DNA from: Syntrophaceae bacterium
GTDB lineage: Bacteria > Desulfobacterota > Syntrophia > Syntrophales > UBA5619
Direction of reading: 5' to 3'
NCBI GenBank assembly: GCA_003141195.1
Contig: PLLC01000080.1
Span: 21,624-60,715 of the forward strand
DNA: 39,092 nucleotides
Shown: positions 28,990 through 39,030 of the stretch, one piece after another
Layout of the letters: every line of letters begins with the position of its first letter
How positions within the stretch are numbered: position 1 is the stretch's first letter
Program-made: the position numbers and the translations under genes
The notes under the pieces: generated by a model
The model's database searches: none
What the model saw: the letters and a program-made list of their open reading frames with translations, nothing else
What the model was told of the DNA's origin: nothing

Positions 28990-29691
28990 TTACGAACGAG
29001 TCACGAAGTAGTTTTCTGCGTAATCCAGATGTGTCAGAATGGCTTCCCTCGCCTTTTCCGGGTTTCGTTCCCGGATGGCGCTGAGGATCGCATGATGCTG
29101 TTGCAGCAGGCGTTCTTTGTTCACCGTTTCCGTGAACATGATCTGCCTTGTTACCCGCTGGGTCTGATGCAATAGAGCCAACAGTGTAGAAGCGATATGG
29201 GAAAGGACGGTGTTTTGCGTGGCCCGATAAATGGACAGATGAAAGCGAACGTCCGCGTCCACACCCAGTTCGTCATTTTGGAAATCCCGTTCCAGGTCCT
29301 GGTAAACCGTTTCGAGGGTCTGTATATTTTCCTCCGTCGCCAGCCGGCTTGCCTCGGCAGCCGCCCAGGATTCCAATATCTTACGCACCTCCAGCAACTG
29401 GACAACCATGGCGGCATCGCCCTGAATGACTTTCGCCAGAGGATTCTGGAGGGAGAAATCGGCTACGGACTTGACGACGCTCTTGCGCCGCTGCCTGATT
29501 TCAATGAAACCGAGACATTCCAGCGTTTTCAGAGCTTCCCGCAGGGGAGGTCGGCTGACACCTAATTTTTCCGCGATCTCCCGCTCGGAAGGAAGGGAAT
29601 CGCCCGGCTTGAGACGACCATCTTTGATCAGGCCGATCATCTGTTCGACGATTTCATCGGAAAATCGTTTTCGCGGCAGGGTGGTAAACAT
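28990..29691 (-). CDS. GntR/FadR-subfamily transcriptional regulator (LldR/GlcC/PdhR-like)
   Basis: LKPGDSLPSEREIAEKLGVSRPPLREAL wHTH; FCD domain with DVRFH, N, QHH, THL; start ATG 29691 after GGAG. Confidence 0.93.
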   Translation of the reverse strand: MFTTLPRKRFSDEIVEQMIGLIKDGRLKPGDSLPSEREIAEKLGVSRPPLREALKTLECLGFIEIRQRRKSVVKSVADFSLQNPLAKVIQGDAAMVVQLLEVRKILESWAAAEASRLATEENIQTLETVYQDLERDFQNDELGVDADVRFHLSIYRATQNTVLSHIASTLLALLHQTQRVTRQIMFTETVNKERLLQQHHAILSAIRERNPEKAREAILTHLDYAENYFVTRS

Positions 29692-29750
29692 CGTGTCTCT
29701 CCATCGTTTTGGTTCCCATAGCATGGCGCATCCCTGATTGTCAATACGGT

Positions 29751-29767
29751 ATCTGATATTACCAGAT
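29751..29767. promoter_or_regulatory. Candidate FadR-type operator (regulator-proximal)
   Basis: Near-palindrome atctgatattaccagat, next to a minus-strand TTGACA at 29739-29744. Confidence 0.55.
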
Positions 29768-29856
29768 ATCCTGAAAAGGGATTGATTACAAAGCGCTAAC
29801 ATAATCATTGTATAATTGAGTAAGTACAGATATCTTGCCGATGGCGAAGAAAATTC

Positions 29857-29895
29857 TTGACAGGGATTTTCTTTTGCCATATTGGTCATACCAGA
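29857..29895 (+). promoter_or_regulatory. Mutase-operon promoter region with FadR-type operator TGGTcatACCA (29883-29893)
   Basis: TTGACA at 29857; TGGT-N3-ACCA matches the LldR/PdhR/GlcC-type operator core. Confidence 0.6.
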
Positions 29896-30022
29896 CGATT
29901 GATTACAGAAGCGGCGTTCGGCAGTCTCGAGAATCCCCTCTCCGCACCCGATGATCATCCTGATCGCAGGATCTGCAAAAGATTGACTTTGGCAACAAGC
30001 TTAAAAGAGGAGAACAGGTCCC

Positions 30023-31783
30023 ATGAACGGCAAGGAAAGAACAACCAAGGAAATCCTGACCGAAAAAAGTTCGGCCCGAAAGCGGACACCCCTGTACAAC
30101 CCGGCCGCCGTGAAGATCCTGCGCAAGGAATTCTCCGGATGGATGCAGTCCGCGGTGCGGGAGAAGGACCGCAAGGACTGGTTCAAAACGCCCCGGACGG
30201 TACTGGGATCGGATATTCCCCGGGAAATGCTCTACACCCCCCTGTCCCACCCCGATTTCGACTACCGGGAGGACCTGGGAAATTCCGGCCAGGAACCCTT
30301 CACCCGGGGGATCCACGCCAACATGTACCGCGGCAGGGAATTCACCATGCGCCAGCTCACCGGTTTCGGGTCTCCCGAGGACACGAACGAGCGGATCAAG
30401 TTCATGCTGGACCACGGTGCGACGGGTCTGAACATCCTCTTCGACATCCCCACGATCCAGATGTACGACTCCGACGATCCCCTTTCCCAGGGCCAGGTGG
30501 GGATGTCCGGCGTTTGCGTCGATTCGGTCGATGACATGGATCTCCTCTTCCAGGATATCCGTCTGGACGAAATTACCGCATCCATCGTCACCCATTATCC
30601 GTCCAACACGGCGATTCTCTTTCCCATGTTCCTGGCCCTCGCCGAGCAAAGGGGAATCCCCTGGGAAAAGCTGCGGGGCAGCGTCCAGAACGACACCTCC
30701 CTGGAGGAGCTGATCCGCAGCGGCGCGGAATTTATCGCGCCGCGGGACTGCTTTCGGGTGCAGTGCGACAACATCGAATTTATCCGGAAAAATGTGCCCC
30801 AGTGGAATTTTATCACCCTCAACGGTTACAACCTGCGCGAATTCGGAACATCCGGGATTACGGAAATGGCCGTCGCCGTGGCCAACGGCATCGCGACCCT
30901 CGAGGAGATGGTGCGCCGCGGATACGACGTGGATTCGGTAGCGGACCGCCTATCGTTCTTCTGGTCGCCGGCGAGCGATTTCTTCGAAGAGGTGGCCAGG
31001 CTCCGGGCCGTTCGCCGGCTCTGGTACAAGATCATGAAACACCGATTCCATGCGAAGAACCCCCGATCCATGTGGATGCGCTGCCATGTCCAAACCTCCG
31101 GCGTATCCCTGGTCCAGCAGGAACCCCTGAACAATGTCATCCGGGCGGCGTATCACGCCCTCTCCGCCGTTCTGGGCGGCGCGCAGTCGCTGCACGTTGA
31201 CTCCTACGACGAGGCCTACTCCGTCCCGACGGAGGAGGCGGCGCTCCTGTCTCTCCGAACCCAGCAGATCCTCCAGGAGGAGACGGGGATCATTGATGTG
31301 GTGGATCCACTGGGCGGCTCGTATTACATCGAGACCCTGACGAGCGACATCGAAAAGAGGATCCTGGACGAGGTGGATGAAATCGAAAGAGCGGGAGGGT
31401 ATGTGTCCGCGATCGAATCGGGACAGCTCCACCGGAAAATCTCCGCCTACTTCTATAACCAGCAGAAGGAGATCGAAAAGGGCGATATCAGGATCGTTGC
31501 CTATAACCGATACAAGTCCGAGGCGCCGCCCCCCCCCATTAACGTGTTCCGGTATCCCGGGGGCGTGGAGGAGCGGCAGCGGGAAAAACTGGCCCGGTTG
31601 CGGCTCAGCCGGAACAACGAACGGGTGGGCGTCGCCCTGGCGGAACTCAAAGAGGCCTGCAAAAAAGGTGTCAACATCCTGCCTTGTAGCGTCGCCTGCG
31701 CCCGCGTGCGCTGCACCGAAGGGGAACTGTTCAAGGTCTTCAAGGAAGCATTCGGGTTGTGGAAACCCCCGGCCCTCTGGTAG
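30023..31783 (+). CDS. B12-dependent acyl-CoA mutase, large (substrate-binding) subunit, non-canonical active site
   Basis: PFTRGIH..MYR, TMRQLTGFG, GSVQND, HVQTSG, NNVIR, GGAQSLHVDSYDEA, DPLGGSYYIE; no B12-binding domain. Confidence 0.93.
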   Translation: MNGKERTTKEILTEKSSARKRTPLYNPAAVKILRKEFSGWMQSAVREKDRKDWFKTPRTVLGSDIPREMLYTPLSHPDFDYREDLGNSGQEPFTRGIHANMYRGREFTMRQLTGFGSPEDTNERIKFMLDHGATGLNILFDIPTIQMYDSDDPLSQGQVGMSGVCVDSVDDMDLLFQDIRLDEITASIVTHYPSNTAILFPMFLALAEQRGIPWEKLRGSVQNDTSLEELIRSGAEFIAPRDCFRVQCDNIEFIRKNVPQWNFITLNGYNLREFGTSGITEMAVAVANGIATLEEMVRRGYDVDSVADRLSFFWSPASDFFEEVARLRAVRRLWYKIMKHRFHAKNPRSMWMRCHVQTSGVSLVQQEPLNNVIRAAYHALSAVLGGAQSLHVDSYDEAYSVPTEEAALLSLRTQQILQEETGIIDVVDPLGGSYYIETLTSDIEKRILDEVDEIERAGGYVSAIESGQLHRKISAYFYNQQKEIEKGDIRIVAYNRYKSEAPPPPINVFRYPGGVEERQREKLARLRLSRNNERVGVALAELKEACKKGVNILPCSVACARVRCTEGELFKVFKEAFGLWKPPALW

Positions 31784-31847
31784 CGGCGGCCGGCGCCGCC
31801 GGAAAGAATCCCGTTCCAGGGACAGGACAACAGGAGGTCAACGATCC

Positions 31848-32252
31848 GTGGCAAAGAAAATCAAGGTGCTTTTGGCAAAGTTGGGTCTGGACGTGCATAA
31901 CAGGGGAATTATCACCGTGGCTAAGGAACTGGGAGATGCCGGCATGGAGATCGTCTACATCGGGAACTCCCTCCCCCGGGAAATCGTCCAGACGGCCATC
32001 CAGGAGGATGTGGACGTGATCGGGGTCAGTTCGCTGGGCGGCGCCCATCTCACTCTCGGCAAGCCGCTGATCGATATCGCCCGGCAGGAAGGGCTGACGG
32101 ACAGCGTGGTCTTTGTGATCGGCGGCGTCTTTCCCCCGGACGATACGGTCCGCCTGAAAGAAAGCGGGTTTGACGCCGTGTTCACGCCGGGCGCCACCCG
32201 GGACGAAATCGTTCACACCGTTCAGGGGTTGGTGGAGAAGAAAACGATTTGA
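31848..32252 (+). CDS. Acyl-CoA mutase small (cobalamin-binding) subunit
   Basis: LAKLGLDVHNRG (DxHxxG), SSLGGAH, GGVFP, FTPG; GTG start after AGGAGG. Confidence 0.93.
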   Translation: MAKKIKVLLAKLGLDVHNRGIITVAKELGDAGMEIVYIGNSLPREIVQTAIQEDVDVIGVSSLGGAHLTLGKPLIDIARQEGLTDSVVFVIGGVFPPDDTVRLKESGFDAVFTPGATRDEIVHTVQGLVEKKTI

Positions 32253-32298
32253 ATGACCTCAGGTCATCCGAATAGATCATCGCTGGAGGTGAAACAAG

Positions 32299-33705
32299 AT
32301 GAAGATGCAATGGCCGCCTGTATACAATCCATCCTATTTTCCGGCGCCGGACGAGCCTTACTGGAACAGGACCCTGGAAACGATGGATCCCGGCGAAAGA
32401 GAGCAGCGGGTCATCCTGCCCAAACTCCAGGCGCAACTGACTTATGCCTACGAGAACTCGCCCTTTTACCGAAAAAAATGGGACGAGGCCGGGATCAAAC
32501 CCCAGGATATCCGGTCTCTGAAGGACTTCGAGAAGATGCCCTGCGTCACGAAGGAGGAGATCCGCCGGGATCAGGTGGAATATCCGCCTTTCGGCAGCAA
32601 TCTGTGCGTGCCTCCCCGTGAACTGGCCCGTGTCCAGGGAACTTCGGGGACGACGGGAAAACCGACCGCGTTCGGGATCAGCCGGGGAGACATGGCCCGC
32701 ATCGCGGAGGCGCACGCCCGGATCATGTGGGGTTTCGGAGTCCGGCAGGACGACATCGTTTTCATCGGCTCCTTTTTCAGCCTCTACTGGGGAAGCTGGG
32801 GGGCCCTCCTGGGGACGGAGCGTCTCGGCGCCGCCGCCTTTCCCTTCGGTGCAGGCGTCCCGGGCCAATCAGAAAGGGGCCTCGAGTGGATGAAGGAGGT
32901 AAAGCCGACCGTTTTCTATGGAACGCCCTCCTACAGTCTCTATCTGGCGGAAAAGGCCCGGGCGATGGGAATAGACCCGAGGAAGGATTTCAATTTCCGC
33001 ATTCTCTTCTTTTCCGGTGAACCCGGCGCCGGGGTTCCTTCGACGAAAAAAAGGATCGAGGAGACCTACGGGGGCATCTGCATCGACAGCGGGTCCACCG
33101 CCGAAATGGCCCCCTGGATGGCCGACAGCGAATGCGCCCATCGCAAGGGAATGCATTTCTGGCAGGATATCGTTTACGCGGAGCTGGTCGACCGCGAGAC
33201 CCACAGGAGGGTGCCCTACGGCCAGGAAGGGGTCACCGTCTATACCCATCTCGAGAGGAACTCGCAACCGATGATCCGCTTCTGGGCCGGGGATATTGCT
33301 CTCTGGGTGAATGATCCCTGTCCCTGCGGCCGCACTTACCCCCGCCTGCCGAAGGGAATCTACGGGCGGGCGGATGACATGTTCGTGATCCGCGGCGAGA
33401 ACGTCTATCCGAGCGCCATAGAAAACGTGATCCGCGGCATCGAGGGGATGGGTGACGAGTTTAGGATTGTCATCACCCGGGAAAAGACCATGGACGAGAT
33501 GACCGTCCAGGCGGAGCGCTCACCCCAGGCCGATCCGGCAATCATGCCCGCGCTGAAGTCCAGGCTCGCGGGGGAACTGAAATCGCGCGGCCTTCGGGCC
33601 GTCGTGCAACTGATGGAACCGGGAACGCTGGAAAGAACGGAATTCAAGGCAAAAAGGGTGATCGACCAGCGACGTATCCATGACGAGATCACCGGTCGGA
33701 AATAG
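32299..33705 (+). CDS. Acyl-CoA ligase of the PaaK/Hcl (2-hydroxyisobutyrate-CoA ligase-like) group
   Basis: GTSGTTGKP, AHARIMWG, FSLYWGSWGAL, FPFGAG, GTPSY, SGEPG, GRADDM, KAKRVID. Confidence 0.88.
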   Translation: MKMQWPPVYNPSYFPAPDEPYWNRTLETMDPGEREQRVILPKLQAQLTYAYENSPFYRKKWDEAGIKPQDIRSLKDFEKMPCVTKEEIRRDQVEYPPFGSNLCVPPRELARVQGTSGTTGKPTAFGISRGDMARIAEAHARIMWGFGVRQDDIVFIGSFFSLYWGSWGALLGTERLGAAAFPFGAGVPGQSERGLEWMKEVKPTVFYGTPSYSLYLAEKARAMGIDPRKDFNFRILFFSGEPGAGVPSTKKRIEETYGGICIDSGSTAEMAPWMADSECAHRKGMHFWQDIVYAELVDRETHRRVPYGQEGVTVYTHLERNSQPMIRFWAGDIALWVNDPCPCGRTYPRLPKGIYGRADDMFVIRGENVYPSAIENVIRGIEGMGDEFRIVITREKTMDEMTVQAERSPQADPAIMPALKSRLAGELKSRGLRAVVQLMEPGTLERTEFKAKRVIDQRRIHDEITGRK

Positions 33706-33723
33706 TTCCCCCCTTTCCCGACC

Positions 33724-33767
33724 AAACCCGCCGCCGGGTTCTGTTTTGACCCGGTGGCGGGTTTCTT
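33724..33767 (+). terminator. Strong hairpin / terminator after the CoA ligase
   Basis: aaacccgccgccgggtt-loop-gacccggtggcgggttt followed by ctt. Confidence 0.7.
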
Positions 33768-33831
33768 CCGAAGCTAGTCTTGCATCTATGGTCGAGCGGC
33801 CAACTAAAAAAGGAGATTCCTCACCAACCCC

Positions 33832-35004
33832 ATGATCCAGCGAATCAGAACCCTCCAGGATCTTCTCGTCAAATCGGGCATGGCCGCCGCCGTGGTCTGG
33901 TATTCCCGGGACCTCCTTTACTACACCGGCACATGCCAACCTTCCTGGCTCGTCATTCTGCCAGACACTTACCGGCTCTTCGTCCGCAGTGGTTATGCGG
34001 AGGCAAAAAGGCAGGTCACCATCGGTGCCGATCATCTGGAGGAAGAGCGGGACGCGGAGCGGCTTGTCCTATACCTGTGTGACCATGGGGTAGCCAAGGG
34101 CTCCATCATCGGCATGGAACTGGATGTCCTTCCCGTAAATACCTGGCGGCAGTGGTGCAACCGGATACCGGACTGGAACCTGGCGGATGTGACCCCGCTG
34201 ATCCTCGAGCAGCGTCAGATCAAGGACGGCTCAGAAATCGAGAGCATCCGGCGGGCCTGCCGTGTCATGGACCTGGGACACGACCGTATCCGGGCCACGC
34301 TGAAGGCCGGAATGACGGAGCTTGAGGTGGCTGCTGCCATAGAGGATGTACACCGCCGAGAGGGGCACGCGGGAATCTATTTCATGCGTCATCCCGACTT
34401 TTTCATGGCCCGCGGTCTGTGCGCCTCCGGACCGAATCTGATGCGCCTCTCGGGTCCCGCTTTTTCCCTGTCGGGCGTGGGGCTGGACGCCGCCGTACCC
34501 GCGGGGCCGTCCCTCCGGGTGATCCGTCCGGGAGATTCCGTTCTCATCGACATTCCCGTCCTCGTCGGGGGATACCATGTGGACATGGCCCGGACCTATA
34601 CGGCGGGTGCCGCCGACCGGCGCAGGCGGGACCTGCACGGAAAATTAGAACAGCTCTTTGCATTCGCGGCATATATTCTGCGGCCGGGCATGACCTGGGG
34701 TCAGGGATACCAGGCGGTGGAGGAGCAGGCGGACCTGTTGGGCATCGGGAACTTTTTCCAGCGGATGGTCAGCGGCGGGAAGCTCCATTATATCGGACAT
34801 GGCGTGGGTATGGAAATCAACGAGCCCCCCTTGGTGACGGCACGGAACGGGGACCCCATCCTTGCCGGAACGGTTCTTGCCCTGGAGATGCACCTCCTTC
34901 AGGAGAACGCCTTCGCTTTGAAGATGGAGGATATGCTCCTCATCGGCGAAGAGGAAAATGCGTTTATGACCCGGACTCCGCGGACCCTCCTGGAGGTCCT
35001 CTAA
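33832..35004 (+). CDS. M24 (Xaa-Pro aminopeptidase/creatinase-fold) hydrolase
   Basis: DLLYYTG, IKDGSEI, D...YHVDMART, GHGVGMEINEPP, LALE, MEDM metal-ligand pattern. Confidence 0.85.
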   Translation: MIQRIRTLQDLLVKSGMAAAVVWYSRDLLYYTGTCQPSWLVILPDTYRLFVRSGYAEAKRQVTIGADHLEEERDAERLVLYLCDHGVAKGSIIGMELDVLPVNTWRQWCNRIPDWNLADVTPLILEQRQIKDGSEIESIRRACRVMDLGHDRIRATLKAGMTELEVAAAIEDVHRREGHAGIYFMRHPDFFMARGLCASGPNLMRLSGPAFSLSGVGLDAAVPAGPSLRVIRPGDSVLIDIPVLVGGYHVDMARTYTAGAADRRRRDLHGKLEQLFAFAAYILRPGMTWGQGYQAVEEQADLLGIGNFFQRMVSGGKLHYIGHGVGMEINEPPLVTARNGDPILAGTVLALEMHLLQENAFALKMEDMLLIGEEENAFMTRTPRTLLEVL

Positions 35005-35070
35005 CTCTGCAGATGAACCGGGGGCTTTGGGCCGGCCCTCCGGGAAAATCGCTCCATTGCCGAATCCATT

Positions 35071-35239
35071 TTGACGGCTTCGTAAAAAGTCCATATGCTG
35101 CGTTGCGCTTCATCCCTCGTCGTTGCGGCGTACACCAAATGTATGCCTCACTCCTCTGGATTCGCGCGCCTTGCCTCTGAAGCTTTTTAAAGAAGTCGCC
35201 CCAGAATCGCGGCTTTTACGACTGATTACGAGAAAGTCA
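35071..35239. mobile_element. MITE-like intergenic repeat, copy 1
   Basis: 94/106 identical to 38497-38602; left end ttgacggcttcgtaaaaagtcc with degenerate inverted partners. Confidence 0.75.
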
Positions 35240-35265
35240 CTTTTCATGATTCATTTTCCGTACGG

Positions 35266-35294
35266 TTGACAAAAACGGCTTCTTGCGTCATAGT
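35266..35294 (+). promoter_or_regulatory. sigma70 promoter TTGACA-17 nt-CATAGT
   Basis: ttgaca aaaacggcttcttgcgt catagt upstream of the deaminase gene. Confidence 0.6.
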
Positions 35295-35404
35295 GCGACC
35301 CGACCGTGATCGGCGTTCGCATTCGTCACGGTTGGCCATGCTTGGCGGCCAAGCGGACAGTCCGTATCCACATTGCATTTTATCCGACAGGAAGGAGGAG
35401 ATGG

Positions 35405-35881
35405 ATGAGACTCTCATGGGATGATTACTTTCTCAAGATGGCCGAAACCGCATGCCTCCGCTCGACCTGCCTGCGGGCCCGGTTCGGGGCCGTCCTCGTC
35501 AGGAACCACACGCTCATCAGCACGGGTTACAACGGCGCCGCTTCGGGCGTCCGGAGCTGTCTGGAGCGGGGGGAGTGCGTCCGGGACCGCCTCCATATCC
35601 CCAGCGGCGAAAAATACGAAATCTGCCACTCCGTCCATGCGGAGGCCAATGCGATCATCCGCGCCAGCTTCGATTTGATGGACGACGCCACGCTCTACAT
35701 CTTCGGTCTCCAGCAGGAAAAGCCCCGCAGCGGGATGCCCTGTTTCATGTGCTGGCGGATGATCTTCAATGCCGGGATCGGCAAGGTGATTTTTCTCGAT
35801 GACGAGGGGCAGAAAAAAATCGTGAACGTCAAGGTCGTCGACCGAGGCCGTATCCTCTCTTATTCCGCTCCGGAGACCTGA
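35405..35881 (+). CDS. dCMP deaminase / ComEB-like zinc deaminase
   Basis: SWDDYF, RSTCLR, STGYNG, HAEANAI, PCFMC; start ATG 35405 after AGGAGGAG. Confidence 0.92.
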   Translation: MRLSWDDYFLKMAETACLRSTCLRARFGAVLVRNHTLISTGYNGAASGVRSCLERGECVRDRLHIPSGEKYEICHSVHAEANAIIRASFDLMDDATLYIFGLQQEKPRSGMPCFMCWRMIFNAGIGKVIFLDDEGQKKIVNVKVVDRGRILSYSAPET

Positions 35882-35960
35882 TCGCCGTCTTTTTCGATTT
35901 TTTACACATATTCGCAGTGATTCAGTTCCAGAAAATGCAGGATGGAAGAAGGAGTTTCCC

Positions 35961-37451
<1,491 letters not shown>

Positions 37452-37513
37452 GGGCATCATTTCAGAATGGCGCCGCTGCGCGGCGCACCGCCCGAAAGAA
37501 TGGAGGAAGGACC

Positions 37514-38362
37514 ATGAAACATGAGGACGGGTTTTTCAAGGGCATCCGGGACAACCAGATCTATTACCAGCACTGGCTTCCGGAAGGCGAAGCGAAGGCT
37601 GTGATCCTCGTCGTTCACGGCCTCGCGGAACACAGCGGGCGATACATGAACCTCGTCCATCATTTCCTCCCGCTGGGCTACGCCGTGTACGCAATCGACC
37701 ACCTCGGACACGGCCGGTCCGAAGGCGCGCGGGTGTATGTGGAACGCTTCACGGATTATACGGATACGCTCGCGGCGTTCCGGGAGATGATCCGCAACCG
37801 GCAGAAAGACAAACCGGTTTTTCTGGTCGGCCACAGCATGGGAGGCCTGATCGGCGCCCTGTATCTGCTCGAACACCAAGGGGAACTGGCCGGTGCGGTC
37901 CTTTCCGGTCCGGCCGTGAAGATCCCCGACAACATCCCGGCGGTCACTATTTTCGCGGGGAAGGTCCTTTCGGTCCTTGCGCCGAGACTCGGGTTGATCG
38001 CGCCGCCGGAGGCGTCGGGCGTGAGCCGGGATCCCGCGGTGGTCCGGGCCTATGAGACCGATCCCTTGGTCTATCGCGGAAAGATGACGCCGCGCCTGGG
38101 TTCGGAAATGCTCAAGGCCATGCGGCGCGTCGCCGACGAGGCGTCCCGGATCACCCTTCCGCTCCTGATCCTGCAGGGAAGTGCAGACCGCTTGGTCTCT
38201 CCGTCCGGCGCGCAGATGCTCCACGATCGGGTCGCCTCCCCCGACAAGCGGATCATCCTCTACGAGGGCCTTTACCACGAGGTGTTCAACGAACCGGAAC
38301 ACGATCGGGTCCTCAAAGACGTTGAAACATGGCTGGAGGCCCATCTCGCACGAGATCCGTAG
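37514..38362 (+). CDS. Alpha/beta hydrolase, monoacylglycerol lipase/lysophospholipase family
   Basis: HGLAEHSGRY, DHLGHGRS, GHSMGG nucleophile, D(RLV), YHEVFNE. Confidence 0.92.
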   Translation: MKHEDGFFKGIRDNQIYYQHWLPEGEAKAVILVVHGLAEHSGRYMNLVHHFLPLGYAVYAIDHLGHGRSEGARVYVERFTDYTDTLAAFREMIRNRQKDKPVFLVGHSMGGLIGALYLLEHQGELAGAVLSGPAVKIPDNIPAVTIFAGKVLSVLAPRLGLIAPPEASGVSRDPAVVRAYETDPLVYRGKMTPRLGSEMLKAMRRVADEASRITLPLLILQGSADRLVSPSGAQMLHDRVASPDKRIILYEGLYHEVFNEPEHDRVLKDVETWLEAHLARDP

Positions 38363-38496
38363 CTTCAGCCGGAGAAACCGGCGCCGGAACGTTCATGACG
38401 ACGGGCGCCGCTGCTCATCAACACCTCCCCGTGCTCCGATTGTCGACGAACAGGCCCCGACCCGCTGAACGGTTTCGGCGTCGGCAAAATCCATGC

Positions 38497-38663
38497 TTGA
38501 CGGCCTCGTAATAAGTCCGGATGCTGCGTTGCGCTTCATCCTTCGTCATTGCGGCGCACGCCACATGTACGCCTCATTCCTCAGGATTCGCGCGCCTTGC
38601 CTGCGGACTCTTTACGAAGCCGTCCCATTTTTTCGACTTTTAAAACTTTTTACGAGATCGTCA
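38497..38663. mobile_element. MITE-like intergenic repeat, copy 2
   Basis: Left end gacggcctcgtaataagtcc pairs with ggactctttacgaagccgtc (38605-38624) and with ttacgagatcgtca (38650-38663). Confidence 0.78.
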
Positions 38664-38687
38664 TGCTTTTAACATCGCCGCGCCGGT

Positions 38688-39030
38688 TCAGATTACGAAG
38701 AGACTCTTCGTGGAGAAGTTGGGATCGCTCGTCACGTTGACCCCCAGCCGCCGCAGGCCCGCGCCTCGTCGCCCGGCGTGGGGATGTGGGTCATGTGGAT
38801 CTCGCAGCCCCAGAGATCCTTGAGCTTTTCCATGGCAAGCTGCGCAGTCGGGTTCGTCGCGGCTCTGATGGAAAGGGCAATCAGGGCCTCCTCGACGTCA
38901 AGACTGATGGTCTTTTCATTGAGGATCTCCGTCTTCAGGGCGGAGATGGAGTCGGTGATGCTGGGAGGGAGGAGCTTGATCTTCTCCGGAATCTCTGCCA
39001 GCGCCTTGACGGCATGGCGAATTGCCTCAA
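38688..39030 (-). pseudogene. DUF1846 family C-terminal fragment with frameshift
   Basis: AVKALAEIPEKIKLL...EEALIALSI.AATNP.A..A...L..L.GCEIH..H...GDE then shifted frame AGLRRLGVNVTSDPNFSTKSLFVI*; upstream sequence no longer resembles the family. Confidence 0.7.

Noticed and set aside
29700-30022. Cobalamin riboswitch upstream of the mutase
   Set aside because: No B12-box or GGGAA/GCCACTG-type motifs visible
30023-32252. Labelling the mutase as mutA/mcm, icmA or hcmA
   Set aside because: Specificity residues match none of these cleanly, so no gene symbol was assigned
32253-32267. Palindrome atgacct-c-aggtcat between the small subunit and ligase
   Set aside because: Single short occurrence with only partial resemblance to the FadR box; could be chance
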